Of a stretch of DNA of 64,000 nucleotides, positions 48,970 to 60,624 are shown piece after piece. The notes beneath the pieces were generated by a model. It had not been told where the DNA came from. It did no database searches and saw only the letters and a program-made list of their open reading frames with translations. Location: positions 1,178,979 to 1,242,978 of the forward strand of contig CBDCDA010000002.1 of NCBI GenBank assembly GCA_965215335.1, written 5' to 3'. The number at the start of each line of letters is the position of its first letter. Position 1 is the stretch's first letter. Made by a program: the position numbers and the translations under genes. This DNA is from an uncultured Candidatus Entotheonella sp. Lineage in GTDB: Bacteria; Tectomicrobia; Entotheonellia; Entotheonellales; Entotheonellaceae.

Positions 48970-50556
48970 TCAGCTCGTGCCGGGTGGGTTCGCCTTGCCG
49001 ATCCACAGGGCGGGGACGATGCCCAGGGCGGTGATGGCGCCGATGAGCAGAAAGGTGTCGTGGTAGCTGTGCAATGCCGCCTCCGCGCCGACCAGGTCGT
49101 GCAGCACGGCCAGAGACTTCATTTGCGCGGTCTGGTTCAGGTCTCCGAGGTGTTCGAAGGTCGCCGTCAGGAAGCCCAGTAGATTGCTGGCGCCAAGCGG
49201 CGCCAGCATGTGATCCTGCGCCAACAGGGTGGTGCGTTCCGCCACGCGGTTCTGAAACACCGTGGCTGCCAGCGCTACGCTGCCGGTGCTGGCGATGCCG
49301 CGATTCAGGCTCAGCAAGCCGGAACCCATTCGCACCTCGGATTCGTTCAGGGCCGACAACGACACCGCGGACAGCGGCGCGATGGTAAAGGCTCGCGCAA
49401 AGCCCCGCGCCGTCAGCCACAGGGTGATGGTACCGACGCTGGTCCAGGCCGTGATGGAGGTGTACCGAACCAGGCAGAAAGACACCGCGACGAGGCCGAA
49501 AATGATCAGGATCTTTCCCGGCAGAAGATCGGCAAGACGCCCGGCGCCGACGCTCAGAACACCGATGACCACGGCGGACGGCATCATCATCCAGGCCGTT
49601 TGCAACGGCGTGTAATCCAGGTGGATTTGCAGGAACAAGATAACAATAAAGTTGGCGGCCATAAAGCTGATCGTGTTGATGAACACCACGACCGACGCCA
49701 GGGAGAAGGCCAGGCTCTTGTAGAGCCGCAACTCCACGAACGGCTGCTCGTGGCGCAGTTCCGCAATGACGAAACCGGCCCCGGCGGTCAACGCGACGCC
49801 GAACAGCGTCAGGATGTACCGCGAATCCCAGCCCTCGTCATTTCCCTGGCTGACGGCCAGCAGCAGCGACACCAGAAACGCCGCCAGGGTCAGCATGCCC
49901 GGGACGTCCAGGGGTCTGCCGCCCTGCCGCGGCGCCGTCGGCAGGATGAGGTATGCCAGAATCAGCCCGACGATGCCCACCGGTACATTGATGTAGAACA
50001 CTGCCCGCCAACTGGCGTGTTCGATCAGGTAGCCGCCGAGCACCGGGCCCATCATCGGGCCGAGCGAGAAGCCCAGTGAGCTGACACCCATCGCCAGGCC
50101 GCGCTTTTCCTCGGGAAAGGTTTCGAACAGGATGACCTGCGAGGTGGGGAACAGCAACCCGCCGCCCACCGCCTGTACGAGCCGAAACGCAATCAGCGAC
50201 GAGACGTCCCACGCCAGGCCGCTGAGCGCCGAGCCGCTCACGAAAACGCCGAGGGCCAGCAGATAGACCCTGCGGTTGCCCAGCCGCGCCCCGACCCAGC
50301 CGACGCTCGGCATGATCACCGCCTGCATGATCATGTAGCCGGTCTGCACCCACTGCATCACGCCGAGATCGACTCGCAGGCTCGTCATGATTTTCGGAAA
50401 GGCGATGTTCACGACCGTCACGCTCAGGCCCACGGTGGTAAAGCCCAGCATCAGCGCGGCGGTGATCCACCAATGGTAGTAGAAGCTTCCGGACCCCAGG
50501 GCGGGGCTCGGGTTGGCGGGTAATCCGGGGTTGGTTCCGGAAGATGAAGCAGGCAT
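48970..50556 (-). CDS. MFS drug:H+ antiporter, DHA2 (EmrB/QacA) family
   Basis: WVQTGY, GPMMGPVLGG, FYINVPVG motifs; many TM segments. Confidence 0.92.
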   Translation of the reverse strand: MPASSSGTNPGLPANPSPALGSGSFYYHWWITAALMLGFTTVGLSVTVVNIAFPKIMTSLRVDLGVMQWVQTGYMIMQAVIMPSVGWVGARLGNRRVYLLALGVFVSGSALSGLAWDVSSLIAFRLVQAVGGGLLFPTSQVILFETFPEEKRGLAMGVSSLGFSLGPMMGPVLGGYLIEHASWRAVFYINVPVGIVGLILAYLILPTAPRQGGRPLDVPGMLTLAAFLVSLLLAVSQGNDEGWDSRYILTLFGVALTAGAGFVIAELRHEQPFVELRLYKSLAFSLASVVVFINTISFMAANFIVILFLQIHLDYTPLQTAWMMMPSAVVIGVLSVGAGRLADLLPGKILIIFGLVAVSFCLVRYTSITAWTSVGTITLWLTARGFARAFTIAPLSAVSLSALNESEVRMGSGLLSLNRGIASTGSVALAATVFQNRVAERTTLLAQDHMLAPLGASNLLGFLTATFEHLGDLNQTAQMKSLAVLHDLVGAEAALHSYHDTFLLIGAITALGIVPALWIGKANPPGTS

Positions 50557-50577
50557 GGGGTCTCGCCCCGGCGGTCG

Positions 50578-52404
50578 CTACTCAACCGTGACGGATTTTG
50601 CCAGGTTGCGCGGCTGGTCGATGTCACACCCGCGTTCGATAGCGCAATAGTATGCGAAGAGCTGCAGGGCAACGACCGCCGGGATGGGTTGCAGAAAATC
50701 GAGGCTGGCGGGGGTGTAGATCACGTCGTTGGCGATGTTGGCGATCTCATGATCGCCCTCGGTAGCGATGGCCAAAATCCTGCCGTTGCGGCTCCTGATT
50801 TCCTGCATGTTGGAGACGGTTTTCTCGTAAGTGGTGTCGCGGGTGGCCAGGCAGACGGTGGGGAAGTTCTCGTCAATCATGGCGATAAGACCATGTTTCA
50901 TCTCGCCGGCGGCGCAGCCCTCGGCGTGGAGATACGAAATTTCCTTGAGCTTCAGGGCGCCCTCCAGGGCCATGGGGTAGTTATACTTGCGGCCAATGAA
51001 CAGAAAATTGCCGGCGTGCGCGTACTTCGCCGCAACGGCGTGAATGTGGTTGATCTGCTTGAGAACGCTTCGGATGTGGTCGGGCAGAAGCAGGAGGCCG
51101 TCGACGATCTCCATGCCGTCGGTCGCCGACAGGTGGTTGAAGCGTCCACGCAGCAGGGCGATCATGACCAGGATGCAGCATTGGCTGGTGAAGATTTTGG
51201 TCGAGGCGACGCCGATTTCCGGGCCGCCGTGGTTGTACACCCCCGCCTTGGCCAGCCGGCTGATGGTCGATCCGACCATGTTGACCAGCCCCAGCAGCAG
51301 CGCCCCCTTGCGTTGCGCCTCCCGCATCGCCGCGAGGGTATCGGCCGTTTCGCCGGACTGGCTGATGGCCAGCACCACGGTGCCGGGACGGATGTTGGTC
51401 TTGCGGTAGCGCATTTCGCTGGCGATCTCCACCTCCACGGTGAGATCGGTGAGCTTCTCGAAGACGTAGCGGGCATACATGCCGGCGTAGTAGCTGGTGC
51501 CGCAGGAGATGATCACCAAGTGCTGCGCTGCCTTCAGGTCGTCCAGGACGTCGTCCAGACCACCGAGGTGCGCCACGCCCTCGCTTTCAACCAGGCGCCC
51601 GCGGATGGCGTTGGTAATGGTTTCGGGCTGTTCGAATATCTCCTTGAGCATGTAGTGCGGAAAGCCTTGCAGGTCGGCGGTGTTGTCCTGCCACTCGATC
51701 TGTTCAGCATCACGCTGCACCTGCTCTCCGGCCAGGGTGTCGATGGTGAAGCCTTCGGTGGTGACGCTGATGATGTCATCGTCTTCAAGGTAAACGACCT
51801 TGTCCACCAGGCGCAGGAAGGCCGACACGTCACTGGCCAGGAACATTTCGCCATTCCCGACCCCGAGCACCATGGGCGCGCCGCACCGCGCCGCCACCAA
51901 TTGACCCGGATGACGGGCGTGCATCACCACCAGGCCGTAGGTGCCGGTTACCTGCCCCAAGGCTTGTTTGACGGCATGGACGAGGTCGCCCTGGTAGGCG
52001 TCGTCGATGAGGTGCGCCACGACTTCCGTGTCGGTTTCGGAGATAAGGCGGTAGCCTCGGTTGGTGAGTTGTGCGCCCAGGCTCTGGTAGTTCTCGATGA
52101 TGCCGTTGTGGATGAGCATGATCGTTTCGGCGCCGTTGGCGTGCGGATGGGCGTTGGTTTCCGACGGCTTGCCGTGTGTGGCCCAGCGGGTGTGGCCGAT
52201 GCCGATGGTTCCCTCGAACTGGTGCTTTGCGATTCTGGATGCCAATTTGTCCACCTTGCCCGGCATGCGGACGCGGCACACCTCACGGTTCTCGATCACG
52301 GCGATGCCGGCCGAGTCGTAGCCGCGATATTCGAGGCGGCGCAATCCCTCGATGAGAATGGGCGTGGCAGGCTTGTTTCCAATATAACCGATGATGCCGC
52401 ACAT
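50578..52404 (-). CDS. glmS: glutamine--fructose-6-phosphate transaminase
   Basis: MCGIIG, EYRGYDSAG, GHTRWATHG, SQSGETADT, PRNLAKSVTVE motifs. Confidence 0.98.
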   Translation of the reverse strand: MCGIIGYIGNKPATPILIEGLRRLEYRGYDSAGIAVIENREVCRVRMPGKVDKLASRIAKHQFEGTIGIGHTRWATHGKPSETNAHPHANGAETIMLIHNGIIENYQSLGAQLTNRGYRLISETDTEVVAHLIDDAYQGDLVHAVKQALGQVTGTYGLVVMHARHPGQLVAARCGAPMVLGVGNGEMFLASDVSAFLRLVDKVVYLEDDDIISVTTEGFTIDTLAGEQVQRDAEQIEWQDNTADLQGFPHYMLKEIFEQPETITNAIRGRLVESEGVAHLGGLDDVLDDLKAAQHLVIISCGTSYYAGMYARYVFEKLTDLTVEVEIASEMRYRKTNIRPGTVVLAISQSGETADTLAAMREAQRKGALLLGLVNMVGSTISRLAKAGVYNHGGPEIGVASTKIFTSQCCILVMIALLRGRFNHLSATDGMEIVDGLLLLPDHIRSVLKQINHIHAVAAKYAHAGNFLFIGRKYNYPMALEGALKLKEISYLHAEGCAAGEMKHGLIAMIDENFPTVCLATRDTTYEKTVSNMQEIRSRNGRILAIATEGDHEIANIANDVIYTPASLDFLQPIPAVVALQLFAYYCAIERGCDIDQPRNLAKSVTVE

Positions 52405-52531
52405 AACGGGTCTCCACGGAGAATGCGAGGGTCGTATCCAGGGTTCAGCGGGTCTCTGGCGGTATTCAGGATACAATAAAAGCATGGCCGCATCGACGGT
52501 GCCCTTTTCGCCAGGCGGCGGGGCCGCGCCC

Positions 52532-53140
52532 TCAAGGAGCCTGCCAAAGGATGGATTCGTCCACATCGAAAAACAGCACCGTCGGGGCGGCGCGTTCGAC
52601 GAGCTCGCCGCCGGGCTTGACCTTCAACTCCGTCGAGCCCATCAAGATGCGGTCCTTGCCGTGTTGGTCAGCGAAGCGCAGGAAGGGCGCGCCGTTGGGC
52701 CACGTGGCCAGGACGGCACGGCTCTTCCAGTTGGTGTCCAGGAGCCGTAGCGAGGCGCCGCCGGTGCCGCTGGCCCTCAGCAGGGCGCCGCTGCGCCCCG
52801 CCTTGCCGAACAGGCCGAGCGAGGACGAGCCGTCGTCATCCACGCTCAGCAGGATACGGCTGTGCCGCCCATCGTCGTAGAAACCCAGTCCCAGGACGCC
52901 GTGTGGCAGCCGTCCAAGCCTGGCGAGCGGCGTCCCGTGGTCGTCAACGAGCAGGAAGGCCCTGGCTCGCAATTCGTCGACGACTGGCGGCCGTGTCATT
53001 CCCCTGGCGCCCGTGAATATCCCGACACCCAGCAATGCCAGCGCTATCGTCGCCAGCAGTTTCCAACGCCGGTTGGATCGCTCCAGACGCACCAGGCGTC
53101 CGGCAATGGCATCGACTTGCAACTCATGTCCACGTTCCAT
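52532..53140 (-). CDS. hypothetical single-TM protein with internal repeats
   Basis: Coiled N-terminus, TM segment, repeated L.(F/L).D..G..R..L units. Confidence 0.65.
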   Translation of the reverse strand: MERGHELQVDAIAGRLVRLERSNRRWKLLATIALALLGVGIFTGARGMTRPPVVDELRARAFLLVDDHGTPLARLGRLPHGVLGLGFYDDGRHSRILLSVDDDGSSSLGLFGKAGRSGALLRASGTGGASLRLLDTNWKSRAVLATWPNGAPFLRFADQHGKDRILMGSTELKVKPGGELVERAAPTVLFFDVDESILWQAP

Positions 53141-53332
53141 CAGGCATCATCCCCGTTTGTAGCCACATCGCTATTCGCCAAATCATTGTAGCGCATGGCA
53201 AGCGGGGACGGCATGGACAAGGCCGCGATGGTTGCACCGTGCTCCGCAACTGGGTTACAATCCCGTGACGTGTTTACGAACAATCGAGCTTGGCGTGCGG
53301 AAACTGCTGTCAAGATGAATGGAGGGGCTTGA

Positions 53333-54280
53333 ATGAAAACTCTACGTGCGCCAGCAAGCTGGCGCTGGCTTGGCGTCCTGACGATCTGCTGCATCATGGC
53401 GATGGGTTGCGCCTATAACGAAACTTTTGAAGCGCCGCCGTCACCTCTCAGTCAGTTGGCCGACGTTGCCGACGTGCTCCAGACGGTCGATGAACGCGGT
53501 TACGGGGAACGTTTTCCTGACGATCTGGCCGCCTTGCAGGCGCGCTACAAGGCGGCGCGGTTTGCGTATTATTCGTCACGGACGCAAGCGTCCAGTGAGA
53601 TGTCGATGTCGATCATTGCCGATGCGAACGAATTGATGAGCCGACCTTGGACCGTCGCCGCGGTGAATCAGTCTCCGGTGGCCAGATTCAGCGGCCCGTC
53701 AACGGCTGAGACAACCGCGTCCGTATCCTTCGATGGCTCCGCGTCCGTCGATCCCGAGGGGGATCCGCTCGTTTATGGTTGGGATTTTGGTGATGGGACG
53801 ACCCAGCGGGTATCGTGGCCGCAAACGGAGCATCGATACGCCCGTGCCGGTACGTATACCGTACAATTGACCGTCAGCGACCATGAGGGGGGTTCGGACA
53901 CGACGAGCCAGGCGATAGAGATCACACAGCCAATCGTGATCCCACAGCCATCACTTGTCTTGTTCGAGTTTGATTCGGTAGCCCTGCAGCCTGAGGCTCT
54001 GACGCAGCTCAGGGGCGTGGTGCAGACCCTGAAGCAGCAATCGACCTTGCAGGCCGACGTCGTGGGGCATGCCGATTCCCAAGGAAGGGAGTCGTACAAC
54101 CTGGCGCTTTCGCGGCGTCGGGCAGGGGCCGTGAGCGACTATCTGATCGCCAGCGGCGTTGTGGCATCCAGGATCAACGCGAGTTGGCGTGGCGAGTCGG
54201 AACCGGCTTTCCCCAATACGACTCGGGAGTTCCGCGTGCTCAATCGGCGCGTAGAAATCACCCTGCGCCCCCCCATGTAA
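53333..54280 (+). CDS. lipoprotein with PKD domain and OmpA C-terminal domain
   Basis: Lipobox AMGC; WDFGDG..GTYTVQLTV; FEFDS, GHAD, YNLALSRRRA, NRRVEI. Confidence 0.9.
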   Translation: MKTLRAPASWRWLGVLTICCIMAMGCAYNETFEAPPSPLSQLADVADVLQTVDERGYGERFPDDLAALQARYKAARFAYYSSRTQASSEMSMSIIADANELMSRPWTVAAVNQSPVARFSGPSTAETTASVSFDGSASVDPEGDPLVYGWDFGDGTTQRVSWPQTEHRYARAGTYTVQLTVSDHEGGSDTTSQAIEITQPIVIPQPSLVLFEFDSVALQPEALTQLRGVVQTLKQQSTLQADVVGHADSQGRESYNLALSRRRAGAVSDYLIASGVVASRINASWRGESEPAFPNTTREFRVLNRRVEITLRPPM

Positions 54281-54348
54281 CCTCCTGCTTCCAACTGGGT
54301 GGCACGGTTTACCGCCTGTTCATCCCGGGCGCGACCGTGCCACTCACT

Positions 54349-54381
54349 GCAGGTCGGATTAAGCCGCAGGCGTAATCCGAC
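54349..54381 (+). repeat. REP-like element
   Basis: GCAGGTCGGATTAAGCCGCAGGCGTAATCCGAC (GTCGGATTA/TAATCCGAC stem). Confidence 0.7.
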
Positions 54382-54387
54382 GTTCCA

Positions 54388-56022
54388 CTAAGTTGAATAA
54401 TCCGTAAAACGCAGCGTTGTGGCACGTGCTCGGAAGTCCGTCTTGACGTTTACAATGGCGGGCTTGCCGGAGGCGTAGGCGCGTTCCAGGGCCGGGCGAA
54501 TGTCGCCGGGTTCTTCCACGTACTCGCCGTGCCCGCCAAAAGCGTCCATCATCTTCTCGTAGCGCTGGTAGCCCAGCGTTCGGCCCACCTTGGTGCCTTC
54601 CGGGTCGGCCGTCCAGCCACCGTTCAGGCTGACCACCGTGACGATGGGGATGTCGTGCCGCACCGCCGTATCCATCTCCATGGCGTTCATGCCGAACGAG
54701 CCGTCGCCGTGCAGCACCAGGACCTGCTTGCCCGGCTGTCCCACCTTGGCGCCGACGCCAAACGGCACGCCGACCCCCATGGTGCCGAAGGAGCCGGAAT
54801 TGAGCCGGTGCCCCGGCCGATACGTCGGGATGGACTGGCGGCCGTAGTTGAGGATTTCCTGGCCGTCAACCACCAGAATGGCATCGCGGTCGAGAAACTC
54901 CTTGACTTCCCTGCACAGCCGCAACGGGTGGATCGGCGTCTCATCGGAGTGCATCAGCGGCTCCAGGCGCGCCTGTCCCTTGAGGTCCTGCTCGCGCAGC
55001 GTGGCGATCCATGCCGTCTCCTTCTTTGGCTCGAACTTGCCCTGAACCCTGTCCAGCATCTGCCGCAAAACGGCCTTGGCATCGCCAACGATGCCCACGT
55101 CCACCGGTCGGTTGCGACCGATCTCCGTCGGGTCGACGTTCACCTGAATGGTCTTGGCGTCGGCATTGAAGCGTGGCGCCTGCCCGTGCGAAATCACGTA
55201 ATTGAAGCGAGTGGCAAGGAAGAGAATGACGTCGGCCTCTCGGAAGGCCAGCGAGCGGGCGCTGAGGAAGCAGCGCGGGTGGTCTTCGGGCACCACGCCG
55301 CGGCCCTGCGGGGTGGTGAAGAACGGGATGCCGGTCTCGTCGACGAACTGCTGCATTTCGTCGGCAGCATCGGCCCAGATGACGCCCGTGCCGCTGACGA
55401 TCAGCGGCCGCTGCGCCCGCGACAGCATGCTGACGGCCTCAGCCACCAGGCCGGCATCACCCATGCTGCGGTGATGCGTCTTGGCGGGTGCTGGCCACAC
55501 CACCTCGTCCTCGTCGACGCGGCTATAGAGAACGTCGCCGGGGAGATCGAGGTACGACGGCCCCATGCGACCGTTCATGGCGTGGCGGTAGGCGATGTTG
55601 ACGTATTCGGGTAGCCGCTTCGGGCTGACGGCCTGCCCGGCCCACTTGCTCGCCGGGCGCATCATGCTGAGCTGATCGACCTCCTGAAACGCCTCGCTGT
55701 GAAAGTGGTGAATGGGGCTGGCGCCGCCGAGCGCGATCACCGGTGCGGCGTCGGTGAGGGCATGAGCCAGGCCGGTCAGCAGGTTGGTGGCGGCGGGGCC
55801 GGAAGCGGTGGAACACACCCCGGCTTTGCCGGTGACGCGCGCATAGGCATTGGCCATCATCGCCGCGGCCTGTTCGTGGCGTACGTCGATCACCCTCATG
55901 CCGAGCTGGCGACAGCTGTCCTGGGCGCCCAGCATCGGGCCGCCCATGATGAAAAACATCGTGTCAGCCCCTTCGTTCTGCAGGGCGCGAGCGACGAGTT
56001 CGTATCCGAATACCTCTCCCAT
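54388..56022 (-). CDS. TPP-dependent enzyme (2-hydroxyacyl-CoA lyase / oxalyl-CoA decarboxylase-like)
   Basis: RHEQAAA, FQEVDQ, FGTMGVG, GDGSFG..NG motifs. Confidence 0.88.
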   Translation of the reverse strand: MGEVFGYELVARALQNEGADTMFFIMGGPMLGAQDSCRQLGMRVIDVRHEQAAAMMANAYARVTGKAGVCSTASGPAATNLLTGLAHALTDAAPVIALGGASPIHHFHSEAFQEVDQLSMMRPASKWAGQAVSPKRLPEYVNIAYRHAMNGRMGPSYLDLPGDVLYSRVDEDEVVWPAPAKTHHRSMGDAGLVAEAVSMLSRAQRPLIVSGTGVIWADAADEMQQFVDETGIPFFTTPQGRGVVPEDHPRCFLSARSLAFREADVILFLATRFNYVISHGQAPRFNADAKTIQVNVDPTEIGRNRPVDVGIVGDAKAVLRQMLDRVQGKFEPKKETAWIATLREQDLKGQARLEPLMHSDETPIHPLRLCREVKEFLDRDAILVVDGQEILNYGRQSIPTYRPGHRLNSGSFGTMGVGVPFGVGAKVGQPGKQVLVLHGDGSFGMNAMEMDTAVRHDIPIVTVVSLNGGWTADPEGTKVGRTLGYQRYEKMMDAFGGHGEYVEEPGDIRPALERAYASGKPAIVNVKTDFRARATTLRFTDYST

Positions 56023-56202
56023 GTAACGCTCCTTGATGCGTGGGGGTTGGGCTGGTTTGCCGGGTGACGTTGATGACAGGTGGCGGAAAACGATGACATC
56101 CCGGCGCCGGGAAAGCGCTCGAACAGCGCTTATCATAGAGCCAGGCGGAAGCCAAAGGCAAGCGGGAGACAGGACCGTGACAGTCCCGTTTCCGCTTGGC
56201 CG

Positions 56203-57594
56203 TCAGATGTGAATGGCCTCGCCGTAGGCGTCGCCGACCGCCTCCATAATGGCTTCGGACAGGGTAGGATGGGCGTGCACGGTCTTGAGGACCTCGTAGT
56301 GGGTCGTTTCGAGCGTGCGGGCGATACCGGCCTCGGCGATCAGGTCGGTGGCCTCCGAGCCGATGATGTGCGTGCCCAGGAGTTCGTCGCTGTCGGCGTC
56401 GAAGATGACCTTCACCATGCCCTCGCTGTCGCCGACCGCCAGGGCCTTACCGCTGGCCGAGAAGGGAAAGCGGCCGACGCGGACGTTACGGCCGGCTTCG
56501 CGGGCGGCATGTTCGGTGAGGCCGACGCTGGCGACCTGCGGGTGGCAGTAGGTGCAGCCGGGGACGTTGCCATAATTGACGCCGGGGTGATCCAGGCCGG
56601 CGATCGTTTCAACTGCGGCGATGCCTTCCGCCGACGCCACGTGCGCCAGGCACGGCTGGCCGTTGAGGTCGCCGATGGCATAGATGCCCGGCACGTTGGT
56701 GCGGCAGTGTGCGTCCACTGGCACAAAGCCGCGTTCGCTGTATACGCCGGCGTCGTCGAGGCCGAGGGTTTCGAGGTTGCCCTGCACGCCGATGGCGACC
56801 AGCGCCTTGTCGTCCTGAACGATCTGTTCGCCCTGCGGTGTTCTGATCCGCAACTGCAGGCCGTCGCCTGTCGTTTCCACGCCGTCCACCCGGCTGTCGA
56901 CGAGGATGTCGATTCCCTGCCGGGTAAGTGATCTGTGCAGTGCGGCGCTGATTTCGTGGTCTTCCACCGGCAGCACCTGCGGCAGCATCTCGATGAGCGT
57001 CACGTGGCTGCCGAAGGTGTTGTAGAGGTAGGCAAACTCGACGCCGACCGCGCCAGCGCCAATGATCGCCAGAGACCCCGGTACTTCCTGCAGCAGCATG
57101 GCCTCGGTACTGCCGAGAATCCGGGTGCCGTCGAACGGCAGGCCCGGCAACTCGCGCGCCCGTGCGCCGGCGGCAAGGACGACGTTGGGGGCGTTCAGCG
57201 TTGCCGTGACGTTGCCTTGTTCGTCGTGTACCGAAACCGTGTCCGCCGCAGCCAGGCGACCCGCGCCCTGCACCACCTGCACCTTGTTCTTGCGCATCAG
57301 AAATGCCACCCCTTGCGCCAGCCGGTCGGCTATTTGGCGGCTGCGGGCGATGACCTGCGGAAAGTCGAAGCGCAGGTTGTCGCAATGCACGCCAAACTCG
57401 GCGCCCTTCCGCATCAGATCGTAAATTTCGGCATTGCGCAGCAGGGCCTTCGTCGGGATGCAGCCCCAGTTCAGGCAGATGCCGCCCAGGGTCGCCCGCT
57501 CCACCAGCGTCACCTGCATGCCGAGCTGCGCAGCGCGAATCGCCGCCACGTATCCACCCGGTCCACCGCCGACAATGATGAGATCTTCCGCCAC
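56203..57594 (-). CDS. lpdA: dihydrolipoyl dehydrogenase
   Basis: GGGPGGYVAAIRAAQLG, GGICLNWGCIPTK, HAHPTLSE motifs. Confidence 0.97.
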   Translation of the reverse strand: MAEDLIIVGGGPGGYVAAIRAAQLGMQVTLVERATLGGICLNWGCIPTKALLRNAEIYDLMRKGAEFGVHCDNLRFDFPQVIARSRQIADRLAQGVAFLMRKNKVQVVQGAGRLAAADTVSVHDEQGNVTATLNAPNVVLAAGARARELPGLPFDGTRILGSTEAMLLQEVPGSLAIIGAGAVGVEFAYLYNTFGSHVTLIEMLPQVLPVEDHEISAALHRSLTRQGIDILVDSRVDGVETTGDGLQLRIRTPQGEQIVQDDKALVAIGVQGNLETLGLDDAGVYSERGFVPVDAHCRTNVPGIYAIGDLNGQPCLAHVASAEGIAAVETIAGLDHPGVNYGNVPGCTYCHPQVASVGLTEHAAREAGRNVRVGRFPFSASGKALAVGDSEGMVKVIFDADSDELLGTHIIGSEATDLIAEAGIARTLETTHYEVLKTVHAHPTLSEAIMEAVGDAYGEAIHI

Positions 57595-57781
57595 GTGTTC
57601 CCCTTTGCGGGCCGTTGTCCGGCCACGGTTCGACAGGTCTGGAATGCCTACGCCCAAGACCGTGAACATACGTTGCCACAAGCGCAAAAGTCAACAGACC
57701 CGGCGCGTTGCGGCACTCCCCCGCGTGTGCTACCGTTGGTGCCCTGTTGCTCGTGGCCGCGAACGTGATCAGGGAGGGGTT

Positions 57782-59236
<1,455 letters not shown>

Positions 59237-59261
59237 CGCTTCACGGCGGGAGAGGCGAGGG

Positions 59262-60608
59262 ATGGCGATTGACGCTCAGGTGGTGCAGGACCTGCTGCAA
59301 ACGGCGCGCACGCGCGGCGCCACCGGCGGCGACGCGCTGCTGGTGGACAGCACGTCTTTCGAGGCACAGGTACGGTTGGGAGACGTCGAAACGGTACAGA
59401 ATTCGCATCAGAAGCGCCTGGGCCTGCGGTTGTTCTTCGGACAGCGCTCAGCCACCACGTCGACCTCGGATTTCTCACGGGCGTCGTTGCGGCAACTGCT
59501 CGACGACACCTGCGCGCTGGCGCAGGCGATGGCCGACGACGCGCATGCCGGCTTGCCGCATCCCGATGCGGTTGCGACCACGGTTCCGGACCTGGAATTG
59601 TGCGACGACAGCCTGCAGCAATTGCCGCCGGCCGAGCGCATCGCCATGGCGCGAGACGCGGAACGGGCCGCCCTGGACCACGACAGTCGCATCACGAACT
59701 CGGAAGGCGGCTCGTACGACAGCTCGCAGGGCGAGGTGTCGTACATCAACAGTCACGGATTCGTGGGTCACTACCGCGCCAGCCAGGCTGGTCTGTCGGT
59801 CGCCGCGATCGCTTCCGACGCGGGTGGCATGCAGCGTGATGCGTGGTTCACCGCCGGGCGCCGGATGGACAGCCTGCAGGCGCCGGAGGCGCTGGGTCGG
59901 GAAGCCGCGCGGCGCACCCTGCGGCGACTGGGCGCCCGCCGCGTGCCCACGCAGAAGGCGCCGGTGGTGTTCGATGCTACCGTCGCCGCCGGCTTGCTGA
60001 ATCACCTGTTCTCGGCGCTTTCCGGCTCCGCCATCTACCGTGCCGCGTCGTTTCTCACGGATTGCATCGGGCAGAAAATTGCCCCCGAAACGGTCGCCGT
60101 GTACGACGACGGCACGCTGCCCGGCGCGCCGGGCTCGAAGCCGTTCGACGGCGAGGGGCTGCCGACCCGCCGCACCACCGTGGTGGAGAACGGTGTCCTG
60201 CTTACCTATCTGCTCGATACGTACACGGGCCGCAAGCTAGGCATGCGTTCGACGGGCAATGCGGCGCGCTCGGCGGGCGAGGCGCCGAGCGTGAGCCCGA
60301 CGAATTTTTACCTGGCGCCGGGCACGGCGACGCCGGAGGAGATCATCGCCTCGGTGCCGAACGGCCTGTACGTTACCGGTCTGATTGGTTTCGGCGTCAA
60401 CCCCGTCACCGGCGATTATTCGCGCGGCGCTTCCGGGTTGTGGATCGAGCGGGGGGAACTGACCCATGCGGTCGAGGAGATCACGATTGCGAGCAACTTG
60501 CGCCAGATGCTGGCCGACATCGAGATGATCGGCAACGACCTGGACAGGCGCCGCCGGGTGATGGCCCCCACGCTGAAGATTCGCGAGATGACCATCGCCG
60601 GCAGCTAG
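59262..60608 (+). CDS. pmbA: TldE/PmbA protein
   Basis: FDGEG, TGNA, TGDYSRGASG motifs; follows tldD. Confidence 0.95.
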   Translation: MAIDAQVVQDLLQTARTRGATGGDALLVDSTSFEAQVRLGDVETVQNSHQKRLGLRLFFGQRSATTSTSDFSRASLRQLLDDTCALAQAMADDAHAGLPHPDAVATTVPDLELCDDSLQQLPPAERIAMARDAERAALDHDSRITNSEGGSYDSSQGEVSYINSHGFVGHYRASQAGLSVAAIASDAGGMQRDAWFTAGRRMDSLQAPEALGREAARRTLRRLGARRVPTQKAPVVFDATVAAGLLNHLFSALSGSAIYRAASFLTDCIGQKIAPETVAVYDDGTLPGAPGSKPFDGEGLPTRRTTVVENGVLLTYLLDTYTGRKLGMRSTGNAARSAGEAPSVSPTNFYLAPGTATPEEIIASVPNGLYVTGLIGFGVNPVTGDYSRGASGLWIERGELTHAVEEITIASNLRQMLADIEMIGNDLDRRRRVMAPTLKIREMTIAGS

Positions 60609-60624
60609 TCACGTCCCAATACCA

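Noticed and set aside
52405..52531. Possible glmS ribozyme upstream of glmS
   Set aside because: No AGCGCC...GACGAGG core could be found; the region is short
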